Origin: an uncultured Erysipelotrichaceae bacterium
GTDB lineage: Bacteria; Bacillota_I; Bacilli_A; RF39; UBA660
Reading direction: 5' to 3'
DNA: 46,987 nucleotides
Assembly (NCBI GenBank): GCA_902767375.1
Contig: CACXGV010000048.1
Span: 1 to 46,987 of the forward strand
Shown here piece by piece: positions 9,872 to 18,655 of the stretch; positions within the stretch are counted from its first letter, which is position 1; each line of letters starts with the position of its first letter. Position numbers and translations under genes: made by a program. The notes under the pieces are model-generated. The model had not been told where the DNA came from and did not search any database. It was given only the letters and a program-made list of their open reading frames with translations.

Positions 9872-10845
9872 TATTCTAACCTCAAAATCTTTCTAATTAC
9901 TAAAATATAAAATATATATAATATTAAGGCAGCAAAACTTAAGAGGATTCCAAGTGGGTTTTGAAACATAGGGCTAAAGAAAGTTGGATCTAACCATAAT
10001 AGAATTATTATTATAACAATAGGCATTCCTAGTAAGATATAGAATACTAATTTTGAACTACTAGTCATAGCATTAAGTTCATCTTTTATTCTTTTACTAT
10101 TAGTAAATGATTTTTCAATACTTGTAAAGATACCTACTAAGTTCCCACCAGTTAAGTTAAGTAAACTTAAACTACTGGTAATATATTTAACATCATCTAG
10201 TTTAACTCTGGTATAGAATCTATCGAATACATCTTTAAGTTCTAAACCATATTTCATATCACTAGATATTCTTTTAAATTCATCACTTATTGGGCCAGTC
10301 AAATCTTTAGATACGAATTCAATTGCTTGGGTAATATTATATCCTGATTTAAAGGCATTATTCATTATGATAATTGCCTTAAGCAAGTCTTGCTCAATTT
10401 GTTTGTTACGGATGTGCTCATTAATAAGAAGATAAACATTATACGATAAATAACCAATTATTAAAAATAATAGTAAAACTGGTAGTTCAAAGTTTAATTC
10501 ATACATACTTGAAATTATATATACAATTCCAAAGAGAATACTAAATGTAAATTTAGTTGCAATTAAATTTATTGGTGTATCTATATAACTAAATCTTTCA
10601 TATTTAATAGCTTTATTTTTAAAATAAATAGATTTTTTTAAATATTTAACTAAGGATTTTCTTAAGTTAGAATGAACATTTACTACTCGATCACCTAGGG
10701 ATAATCTTTTGGCACTATTATTTTTAACGGTATATTTACTTATACGATTATTATATTTGTTACTTTTATTAGATTTTAATAAGATAAAGCCAATAATTAA
10801 TACTATTATAACTAATATTAATCTAACATATTCAAAGTTACCCAT
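9871..10845 (-). CDS. tadB: Tad pilus platform protein TadB (T2SSF domain)
   Basis: NAFKSGYNITQA, GPISDEF, TGGNL; position after tadA. Confidence 0.88.
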   Translation of the reverse strand: MGNFEYVRLILVIIVLIIGFILLKSNKSNKYNNRISKYTVKNNSAKRLSLGDRVVNVHSNLRKSLVKYLKKSIYFKNKAIKYERFSYIDTPINLIATKFTFSILFGIVYIISSMYELNFELPVLLLFLIIGYLSYNVYLLINEHIRNKQIEQDLLKAIIIMNNAFKSGYNITQAIEFVSKDLTGPISDEFKRISSDMKYGLELKDVFDRFYTRVKLDDVKYITSSLSLLNLTGGNLVGIFTSIEKSFTNSKRIKDELNAMTSSSKLVFYILLGMPIVIIIILLWLDPTFFSPMFQNPLGILLSFAALILYIFYILVIRKILRLE

Positions 10846-10861
10846 AGTTAAATACTCCTTT

Positions 10862-12187
10862 CTATTTAAATATTTTGTCTAATTCGTCTACTCCTCTTGA
10901 TTTTAATATTTTATATACATGGGGAGTTTTGCTTACTTTTCTAAATTCTCCTGCCTCTTCCCCTTTATCAGTTAATCCTTTTTGAACAAATTCATATATT
11001 GGATTTAATTTAATCATGTCATTATCAAAGCCAACTACTTCGCTTATATTTACAATTTTTCTTTTACCGTCATGCATTCTTTGGATATTAATTACCAAAT
11101 CTATAGCGTTTTCAATATACTCACGAATGGCTGCAATAGGTATATCGATGCCACTCATTAGAACCATTGTTTCTAAACGATTTAAGGCATCTGCTACGCC
11201 ATTGGCATGTAAGGTAGTTAATGATCCATCATGACCAGTATTCATCGCTTGCAACATATCAAATGCTTCTTTTCCACGACATTCTCCAACAATGATACGA
11301 TCTGGTCTCATACGAAGAGCATTAATTACTAAATCACGAACAGTTACTTCAGATGTACTATTGTAGTTAACTGTTCTTGTTTCTAAATTTATAACATGTT
11401 CTTGTTCTAATTTAAGTTCTGCAGCATCTTCAATAGTAATGATACGTTCATTATTACCAATGAAACTACTTAAGATATTTAGAAGAGTTGTTTTACCGGA
11501 ACCAGTACCACCACATACTATAATATTTAGTTTCCCTTTGACACAAGCTTCTAAGAAAGTTGCCATCTCAGCAGTTAAGGAACCAACTCTTAATAAGTCA
11601 TCAATACTAGTCATATTTCTTTTAAATTTACGAATTGTAATGACAGGCCCATTAACACTAAGTGGTGGTATGACAGCGTTGATTCGGGAACCATCTGAAA
11701 GTCTTGAGTCAACCATTGGTGAAGCTGAATCTATCGTTCGACCAAGTGGTTGAATTAGTCTTTGAATAGTTCTAATAATATGATCATCATTAATAAAAGA
11801 TATACTATTGTCTTTTATAAGTTTACCTTCTATTTCAACATAAATATCTTTAGGCCCATTTACCATGATTTCCGTAATATTATCATCAGTTAATAACTCA
11901 CTAATTGGTCCATATCCATTTATTTCATCATCTATTAAATTAAAAATATGGCTTCTTTCTAGATTTGTTAAATCGTAGCCTTCAAGACATTCATCTATTT
12001 TTTCATTAATAAAATCATTAAGTTCTAAGCCTTCAGGAATATCTTGATCAATTAAGTATTCAATTATCTTTTTTCGTAATTCATCTAATAACTTTTTATC
12101 AGGAAATACATCATAATCAGTAAGTATTTCTTTAGAAGGTACTTTTTTATTTTTGAAGTTAAAGTCTTCAATTAAAGATTTACTCAT
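10862..12187 (-). CDS. tadA: Tad pilus assembly ATPase TadA/CpaF
   Basis: [62 protein letters not shown]. Confidence 0.96.
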   Translation of the reverse strand: MSKSLIEDFNFKNKKVPSKEILTDYDVFPDKKLLDELRKKIIEYLIDQDIPEGLELNDFINEKIDECLEGYDLTNLERSHIFNLIDDEINGYGPISELLTDDNITEIMVNGPKDIYVEIEGKLIKDNSISFINDDHIIRTIQRLIQPLGRTIDSASPMVDSRLSDGSRINAVIPPLSVNGPVITIRKFKRNMTSIDDLLRVGSLTAEMATFLEACVKGKLNIIVCGGTGSGKTTLLNILSSFIGNNERIITIEDAAELKLEQEHVINLETRTVNYNSTSEVTVRDLVINALRMRPDRIIVGECRGKEAFDMLQAMNTGHDGSLTTLHANGVADALNRLETMVLMSGIDIPIAAIREYIENAIDLVINIQRMHDGKRKIVNISEVVGFDNDMIKLNPIYEFVQKGLTDKGEEAGEFRKVSKTPHVYKILKSRGVDELDKIFK

Positions 12188-12926
12188 TTGGACCTCCTAT
12201 TATATCTTTAGCTATTAATTCAAATACTTTATAATCTTTGAAATTATTTGATTTTAAAGTCATAATTTCGCCATTATAAATAACTGAATCAATCTTTTTA
12301 TTGTAAAAATCACTACTAATTAAATAATCAACATTGTTACTTAACATATTTTTAATATCATATAATGAAAAATATGTTTTGTTTGGATTGATACTTTCAT
12401 TTAAAAGAATTTTATAATTATTAAATTCATTATCTTGCATAATATTTAAAATATTTTTTAAGTTTTTAATTGATATTAAATCATTACTAGTCATAAATAA
12501 TATTTGATCTACTTTATCTAAAGCAAAAACGTTTATTTCATTTAATGAATAACTAGTATCAATTAAGATACAGTCATATTTATAAATACATTTGTCAATT
12601 ATAATATCAATATATTTAATATCTATTTTATTGGCTTGACGGGGATCTTTAGGACTTGAAATAAAGCTTATATTCTCGTTGTAGGTAGTTATATAATCAT
12701 CCATTGTATCAAAACGATTGTTGTTATAATCATCACAAAAATTGTAAATAGTCTTATTTACATTTGAATTTAAAGAACATGCAATTGCACCATTAGATAA
12801 ATCTAAATCGATAATTAGGCATTTCTTTTTTAAATTAGATAAAACGCCAGCTAAATTTGTAACAAATACTGATTTGCCAATACCACCTTTAGCTCCGTAT
12901 ATACATACAGTTTTCCCCTTTGCCAT
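12180..12926 (-). CDS. tadZ: CpaE/TadZ-like ParA/MinD ATPase
   Basis: Deviant Walker A GAKGGIGKS, LIIDLDL, ILIDT; directly upstream of tadA. Confidence 0.8.
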   Translation of the reverse strand: MAKGKTVCIYGAKGGIGKSVFVTNLAGVLSNLKKKCLIIDLDLSNGAIACSLNSNVNKTIYNFCDDYNNNRFDTMDDYITTYNENISFISSPKDPRQANKIDIKYIDIIIDKCIYKYDCILIDTSYSLNEINVFALDKVDQILFMTSNDLISIKNLKNILNIMQDNEFNNYKILLNESINPNKTYFSLYDIKNMLSNNVDYLISSDFYNKKIDSVIYNGEIMTLKSNNFKDYKVFELIAKDIIGGPNE

Positions 12927-12927
12927 T

Positions 12928-13323
12928 TTAATAACTCCCTTGATTATCCTCGATAATTAATTTTCCATCTTTGTAATATGCTTTCAAATCTACTTCAGTT
13001 CGATATGATTTTATTCCAAATAGTCTTGATAGGAATGATGGATATACATGTACATTATATACATATAAAGTTTCATCTGTATATGATGCAGCTAATTGAG
13101 TTGTTTCATAATCTTGATCTTCATATAATCTTCCAACCATATTAGCTTTTTCACTATCGGCATAACTATTAGTAAGTACTTCTTTAATAATATTTTCTGA
13201 ATCCATGCGATATTTTTTAGCAGTACCAGCCATAATAGCATTATCATATATTATCGATGCTACTATCATTACTAATGGAATTATGATAATAAATATTTTG
13301 CCACCTGATTTTTTATTCTCCAT
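12928..13323 (-). CDS. TadG/TadE-like pseudopilin (degenerate)
   Basis: Basic N-terminus, G then hydrophobic helix FIIIIPLVMIV; inside the tad operon. Confidence 0.6.
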   Translation of the reverse strand: MENKKSGGKIFIIIIPLVMIVASIIYDNAIMAGTAKKYRMDSENIIKEVLTNSYADSEKANMVGRLYEDQDYETTQLAASYTDETLYVYNVHVYPSFLSRLFGIKSYRTEVDLKAYYKDGKLIIEDNQGSY

Positions 13324-13660
13324 TTACAATCACTCTTTCACATTTGATGTCATATTTTTTTCCTACAATATTACTTAATCCTGGAGTCATAAACTCGTAC
13401 TCCATATCAACAACTATATAGGTGTATTTGCCATCATTTTGACTTTTAAAATTAACATTTTCTAAATCTTTATTTAAATAATCCTTTATTTCGGCTGAAC
13501 GATTATTTTTATATAAATATACAACTTCTTCCATTCGACCTTCTAAACTACTTTTTTTATTATATATTACAAATATGTCTATCATTACTAAAAGAACATA
13601 TACTAATACTGGTAAAATAATAATAAACTCAACTAATGCTTGTCCTTTTCTATTCTTCAT
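13313..13660 (-). CDS. tadE: TadE-like pseudopilin
   Basis: KG|QALVEFIIILP signature. Confidence 0.88.
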   Translation of the reverse strand: MKNRKGQALVEFIIILPVLVYVLLVMIDIFVIYNKKSSLEGRMEEVVYLYKNNRSAEIKDYLNKDLENVNFKSQNDGKYTYIVVDMEYEFMTPGLSNIVGKKYDIKCERVIVNGE

Positions 13661-13698
13661 ATTATCACCTGTTAGACATATTTATCTATTCTTTATTT

Positions 13699-13727
13699 AT
13701 TATAAAACAAATGGGTGTTTTTTTCAA
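13699..13727 (-). promoter_or_regulatory. sigma-A-type promoter of the tad operon
   Basis: TTGAAA-17 bp-TATAAT. Confidence 0.75.
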
Positions 13728-13751
13728 TAAAAACCATTTGTTAGATTTGAC

Positions 13752-13780
13752 TTGATATTTTCTTAATAATTTGTTAGAAT
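13752..13780 (+). promoter_or_regulatory. sigma-A-type promoter of tRNA-His
   Basis: TTGATA-17 bp-TAGAAT with extended TG. Confidence 0.75.
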
Positions 13781-13792
13781 TAAATACGTCAT

Positions 13793-13869
13793 GGCGGAAT
13801 TGGTGAAGTGGTTAACACGCCGGATTGTGGCTCCGGTATGCGTGGGTTCGATTCCCACATTCCGCCCCA
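13793..13869 (+). tRNA. tRNA-His: tRNA-His (GUG) with G-1 and encoded CCA
   Basis: Acceptor GCGGAAT/ATTCCGC, G-1:C73, anticodon arm CCGGA-TTGTGGC-TCCGG, T-loop GGTTCGATTCC, 3' CCA. Confidence 0.98.
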
Positions 13870-13872
13870 TTT

Positions 13873-13904
13873 AAAAAAATACTAGCTTATTAGCTAGTTT
13901 TTTT
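13873..13904. terminator. Bidirectional terminator between tRNA-His and spoIVB
   Basis: A7-T-ACTAGCT-TATT-AGCTAGT-T tract. Confidence 0.8.
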
Positions 13905-14867
13905 GTTTAATAATTTATCTCCTTCTTCAAGCATGTTTACAATAGATATTCCGTAACCTGTGGTTGGATTATCTACTATAACATGAGTAACTGCACCAAT
14001 TATTTTATTATTTTGGATAATTGGAGACCCACTCATTCCTTGAACAATTCCTCCGGTTTTATTGATTAGATTATTATCGGTTATTATAAAGTGAATATTT
14101 TTAATATTTCCTGGATTTATTCTATCTATTTCAATCTCATATTTATTAATATTTTCTTTATCTAAGACAGTGTAGATGTAAGCTTTACCCTTTTCGATAT
14201 CAGATAGATTTCCAACTTCTAAAGTGTCCATATTAGAAATATCACTTGTATAGATTCCATAAATACCTTGATAGGTATTTTTATTAATTTCACCGTATTT
14301 TTCATCAGAATAAAATTTTGCATTTTTTGTTCCAGCTGAACCGATAGTACTTTTATCAATACCGGTTATTGATGATCTAAAGATTGAACCATTATTAACT
14401 TCAATTAAATATCCTGTATTTGATTCAATTATTTCATGACCCAAAGCGCCAAATATTTTTGTTTCTGGATCTATATAAGTTAAGGTTCCTATACCGGATA
14501 TATTATCTTTGACATATAAACCTGTTTTATATTTACCATTTATGTTATGAAGTTTAAAAGGGACAATTAATTCTTTATTATTTCTTTCAATAGTTAAATA
14601 TACTAAATTATCATTTACTTCTTTTTCTATTTCATTTATTAATTCTTCAATTGAATATACCTCTTTGTTATTAACTTTTGTAATAATATCTCCTATTTGA
14701 AGATTATTTTGATTTATTTTATTATTAATTACATAGTATCCAATTACAATTATTCCTTTGTTTTTAACATCAATTCCAACTGTGTTCCCACCTGGAATAA
14801 TATAATTTGAATATGCAAATACATTAATAGGTATAATTGCAAGTAACAAAATAATAAATTTTTTCAT
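13890..14867 (-). CDS. spoIVB: SpoIVB peptidase (S55) with PDZ domain
   Basis: IPGGNTVGI, GLYVKD, GIGTLTY, FGALGH, GGIVQGMSGSPIIQ, GAVTHV. Confidence 0.95.
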   Translation of the reverse strand: MKKFIILLLAIIPINVFAYSNYIIPGGNTVGIDVKNKGIIVIGYYVINNKINQNNLQIGDIITKVNNKEVYSIEELINEIEKEVNDNLVYLTIERNNKELIVPFKLHNINGKYKTGLYVKDNISGIGTLTYIDPETKIFGALGHEIIESNTGYLIEVNNGSIFRSSITGIDKSTIGSAGTKNAKFYSDEKYGEINKNTYQGIYGIYTSDISNMDTLEVGNLSDIEKGKAYIYTVLDKENINKYEIEIDRINPGNIKNIHFIITDNNLINKTGGIVQGMSGSPIIQNNKIIGAVTHVIVDNPTTGYGISIVNMLEEGDKLLNKKTS

Positions 14868-14906
14868 TATTTATCACCTACTATTATTATGGTTTTTATT
14901 AATATA

Positions 14907-14933
14907 AAAAAATAACCAATATTTGGTTATTTT
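14907..14933 (-). terminator. Intrinsic terminator after the SipW-type surface protein gene
   Basis: AAAATAACCAA-loop-TTGGTTATTTT hairpin. Confidence 0.7.
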
Positions 14934-16608
14934 ATGAGACTACAAATGGGTTAGATTGAGTGCCATTTCCACTTGAGATAGTTGTATTTGATTTAAGAGA
15001 AACTGCTGGTCGGATTCCAAAAAAACCAGAAATATTAACAGCAGATGTTCCAAATGAACTTACATTAGTTGTAATTATTGTATAAGCATTATTACCCGTA
15101 CCGTAGCTGTGTGGAGTCAAAGTCCAGTAATATTTTGAACTGGTGTTGGCATTTTTATATAAATAATATTTGTTATTGCCAGGGCCATATGTTTCTCCAG
15201 CGAATGCTATTTCATCAGCTGTTAGTAATCCTATTTTATATCCATTTAGTTTTCCATTACCATATCCACCATCGGTTGTAGTTGATGCGGTAAATTTACT
15301 TATTAGATTATCTGTTTTACTTGTTCCACATTTAAGTGAAGGCGCTGCCTCACTTATTGGCGTGAGTCTTCTGGTACCCTGATAATAAGTACCCTGCGTT
15401 CCTAGACCGGTTCCAATTATATCACTATAACCCTCAGGATTATATGTTGTATCTGAGACTACTCTTTTATCATTACACCATATTACATCTGCTAACTTTT
15501 CTTTATCTGTTTGGGTAAATACATCGTCATACCATGCTTTTAAATTAGTTAGAATTGTACTATCTACATCATTGGCATGGGCTATATTATAATCTGTTGA
15601 ATCAGGGTTATTTGAATACATATATCCTATATAGGTATTTTTATCATAGTTTGTATTAAATACACCTATACCATTTGATGCACTATCGTATCTAGCAAAA
15701 GCTGCACCGGCTGCATCTAGTGATGCATCACATGGTGTTGCTGAATTAGTTGGATTATAGTTATATAATGTTATTTTAGTATTACCTAAGCCATCTATTC
15801 TTACGATTCTCCAGCACATATTTGCAAATACTAAATAATTATTATCTACTGCTCCTCTATAATAATATGAAGTACCATAATCATCTTCAGTTGTTCTTAA
15901 TCCTTCGCTCATATATGTTCCACTTTGAGCAGTAACTTGTTTACCAGGGGTAGTCATTCCCACTGCATCATCTGCATTTGGAGTGCTTTGATTGGTTCTT
16001 ATGCCAGCTAGTAAGCTTCCTGCTGGGGCATATTTCCAACCATTAGGTGCTTCTAATCCGTCAGATTCTTCGACGTAGATTTTGGCATTAAATACTGCTT
16101 CTTGCGCATCATTTTGATCCTCGCCATTATCTTTAAAGTATATCTTCAATTCATAGCTATGAGCTTCTCCATCTGCGGCTAAAAATGACCCCATTCCAAA
16201 TGGAATCTTTCCGGTTCCATTTATGGCTACTCCTGTTTTACTTGCTACTGGAGTTCCATTTGTTCCACTTAAAAGGGTTAAATCATAAGTTAAATAATCA
16301 TTTGTAAATGTATTAGTTATAACATTTAGTCCAATTTTGTAATACATTCTTTGATCAGTTGTATTCCATCCAGTTAAGGTAAATGTCTTAGTAACCCAGG
16401 CTTCTTCTCTTGGATAGATATTTGATGCAGCAACATTTTCATCACCTTCTGAATATACTATTCCCATTCTACCAGCGGTAAGTCTTATTATACTTGCTGA
16501 TTCTAACCCAGTTATTCTGGCACTAAAATATGCATAGGTTACACCAATAAGTACTAGTGCTAGTGCTATTACACTAACTATTATCGTATTCTTAGCTTTT
16601 TTATCCAT
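14932..16608 (-). CDS. Secreted/surface protein with SipW-cognate-type signal, TasA/CalY-like N-domain and DUF6273-like C-domain
   Basis: LIGVTYA|YFS signal; DDYGTSYYYRG, WRIVRI, GLLTADE, YWTLTP, GIRPAVSL motifs. Confidence 0.7.
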   Translation of the reverse strand: MDKKAKNTIIVSVIALALVLIGVTYAYFSARITGLESASIIRLTAGRMGIVYSEGDENVAASNIYPREEAWVTKTFTLTGWNTTDQRMYYKIGLNVITNTFTNDYLTYDLTLLSGTNGTPVASKTGVAINGTGKIPFGMGSFLAADGEAHSYELKIYFKDNGEDQNDAQEAVFNAKIYVEESDGLEAPNGWKYAPAGSLLAGIRTNQSTPNADDAVGMTTPGKQVTAQSGTYMSEGLRTTEDDYGTSYYYRGAVDNNYLVFANMCWRIVRIDGLGNTKITLYNYNPTNSATPCDASLDAAGAAFARYDSASNGIGVFNTNYDKNTYIGYMYSNNPDSTDYNIAHANDVDSTILTNLKAWYDDVFTQTDKEKLADVIWCNDKRVVSDTTYNPEGYSDIIGTGLGTQGTYYQGTRRLTPISEAAPSLKCGTSKTDNLISKFTASTTTDGGYGNGKLNGYKIGLLTADEIAFAGETYGPGNNKYYLYKNANTSSKYYWTLTPHSYGTGNNAYTIITTNVSSFGTSAVNISGFFGIRPAVSLKSNTTISSGNGTQSNPFVVS

Positions 16609-16609
16609 G

Positions 16610-16637
16610 AAAAAATCACTATCTTTCTATAGTGATT
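16610..16637 (-). terminator. Terminator-like hairpin after xseB, ending 1 nt before the next ATG
   Basis: AATCACTAT-AGAAAG-ATAGTGATT followed by Us. Confidence 0.65.
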
Positions 16638-16646
16638 ATCTCATAT

Positions 16647-16871
16647 TTAATTATTCTCTTCAATATCAAAATCTTTTAATTCGCCATTTTCAGCTAATAT
16701 CTTATTAACCTTTTCAGTAGCAGTATTTAAAATATCACTCGCTGTTTTAACTAGTTTCATAGCTTCAGTATATTTATCAATGGCTTTTTCTAGAGGTACT
16801 TCTCCAGATTCTAATTCTTTTACTAGATTTTCTAATTCTTTTAAAAGTTCTTCAAAAGTTTTATTTTTCAT
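16647..16871 (-). CDS. xseB: Exodeoxyribonuclease VII small subunit
   Basis: TFEELLKELENLVKELESGEVPLEKAIDKY. Confidence 0.95.
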   Translation of the reverse strand: MKNKTFEELLKELENLVKELESGEVPLEKAIDKYTEAMKLVKTASDILNTATEKVNKILAENGELKDFDIEENN

Positions 16872-18201
16872 CTTTATTTATCTCCTTTACTTTAGCTTTA
16901 ATATTCCCTTTAGAAAACTTAATATTTATTTCATCATCTATTTTTAATTTAGCTGCATCTTTAATAATTTTATCATTTGACTTAACCAGTGAGTATCCTT
17001 TACTTAGTATATTTAAAGGATTTACTAGATTTAAACTATTTATTAAGTATTCTATATTATGATTAGAAATAGTTAATTTTTTATCAATAATATTATTTAG
17101 ATTGAGAGTATATTCTTTTAAAGTGTTTTGTTTGTTTTGAATAATATTTTGAGGGTTTAATAATTTAACACTATTAATTGATGTTTCTAGGTTATGTTTA
17201 CTTAAATTTAAATAATTAATGATATTGTGATTTAAGTTGTCAATCAATTTATCTAGTTTTTGTTCTTTCAATTCATATAAACTCATCGGATTTTTTAAAA
17301 TAAATGAGTTTTTTAATCCTTTTAATTCAATAAATTTATTATTTACTAATGATTTAATATTTTTTTCTAATCTTATTTGATATTGATTAATTAATTCTTG
17401 GGTTTCTCTTACGGTTGGGACGGCCATTTCAGCTGCTCCGGTTGGCGTTGGTGCACGCAAATCAGCAACATAATCCGCAATGGTGTAATCTGGTTCATGC
17501 CCTACAGCACTAATTATAGGTGTTTTAGCTTCATAGATGGCACGAGCTACTATTTCTTCGTTAAAAGCCCATAAATCTTCAATAGATCCACCACCACGAC
17601 CGACTATTAAAACATCTAAATTATAATTATCGGCTTCTTTTATTTGCTTAACTATATTAGGTGCTGCCCCTTCTCCTTGAACTAAACTAGGAAAAAGTAT
17701 TACTTCGCATAAAGAGAATCTTCTTTTAATAGTTGACATGATGTCTCTTACAGCTGCTCCAGTTGGGGCAGTTACAACCCCTATCCTGTTAGGATATTTA
17801 GGAATTGGTTTTTTTAATGATTCATCAAATAATCCTTCTTTAAATAATTTATTCTTTAGTTCTTCATATTTTATATAAAGTTCCCCTAGCCCATCTAGGG
17901 TCATTTCTTCAACATATATTTGATAACTACCACTAGCTGGATATGCGGAAATACGACCTCTTATAAGTACATTATCTCCATCTTTAGGGACAAATTTTAA
18001 AGTTCTGGTGTTTCCAGCAAACATAACAGCATTTAAACGGGAATTTTCGTCTTTTAAAGTAAAATATAAGTGCCCTCTAGTATGATTTTTAAAATTAGAT
18101 ATTTCTCCTTTAACATAAATCATATTTAAATGAGAATTGTTATCTAAAATTAATTTTATGTAGTTATTTACTTCAGTTATTGTACGATATGTGATATCCA
18201 T
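16861..18201 (-). CDS. xseA: Exodeoxyribonuclease VII large subunit
   Basis: GEISNF, GHLYFTLKD, TAPTGAA, RGGGSIEDLWAFN, GHEPD, PTPTGAAE. Confidence 0.97.
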   Translation of the reverse strand: MDITYRTITEVNNYIKLILDNNSHLNMIYVKGEISNFKNHTRGHLYFTLKDENSRLNAVMFAGNTRTLKFVPKDGDNVLIRGRISAYPASGSYQIYVEEMTLDGLGELYIKYEELKNKLFKEGLFDESLKKPIPKYPNRIGVVTAPTGAAVRDIMSTIKRRFSLCEVILFPSLVQGEGAAPNIVKQIKEADNYNLDVLIVGRGGGSIEDLWAFNEEIVARAIYEAKTPIISAVGHEPDYTIADYVADLRAPTPTGAAEMAVPTVRETQELINQYQIRLEKNIKSLVNNKFIELKGLKNSFILKNPMSLYELKEQKLDKLIDNLNHNIINYLNLSKHNLETSINSVKLLNPQNIIQNKQNTLKEYTLNLNNIIDKKLTISNHNIEYLINSLNLVNPLNILSKGYSLVKSNDKIIKDAAKLKIDDEINIKFSKGNIKAKVKEINKDEK

Positions 18202-18202
18202 A

Positions 18203-18595
18203 TTAGCTATTTACCATCTTATCTAAAGAAGCATTAATCATTTTGCGAACAGAATCATCACTATATTTTTTAGCTAGTTCGATGGCTTCATTTATTACAA
18301 CAATTGGAGGTGTATCCATATATTTTATTTCATATATGGCCATTCTTAAAATGGATGCTCCTGTTAAATCTAATCGATCAATAGTCCAATTATTCAAATA
18401 TTCATTTGCTAAAGTTGTTAGTTCATCATAATTTGTTACAATACCATATACCATATCTTTAACAAATTCATTATCTATTTCTAAATTTTCTTTTATTACC
18501 TCATCAACATTAAAATCTATTTTATTTTTTTTATATAAAGATATTTGATAAATAATAGTCATTGCTTTTTCTCTTAATTCAGATCTATTTGCCAT
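18203..18595 (-). CDS. nusB: Transcription antitermination factor NusB
   Basis: RSELREKA, NNWTIDRL, ILRMAIYE, INEAIELAKKY. Confidence 0.95.
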   Translation of the reverse strand: MANRSELREKAMTIIYQISLYKKNKIDFNVDEVIKENLEIDNEFVKDMVYGIVTNYDELTTLANEYLNNWTIDRLDLTGASILRMAIYEIKYMDTPPIVVINEAIELAKKYSDDSVRKMINASLDKMVNS

Positions 18596-18626
18596 TTAAA
18601 TCACCTATATATGAGTATATCATAAT

Positions 18627-18655
18627 AAAAGAAAGATTTCTATGTAATCTTTCTT
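18627..18655 (-). terminator. Intrinsic terminator after the GT2 gene
   Basis: AAGAAAGATT-loop-AATCTTTCTT hairpin. Confidence 0.7.

Noticed and set aside
13793-13869. tRNA-His as the integration site of a tad island
   Set aside because: The tad genes lie 5' of the tRNA, and I found no duplicated tRNA 3' end and no integrase.
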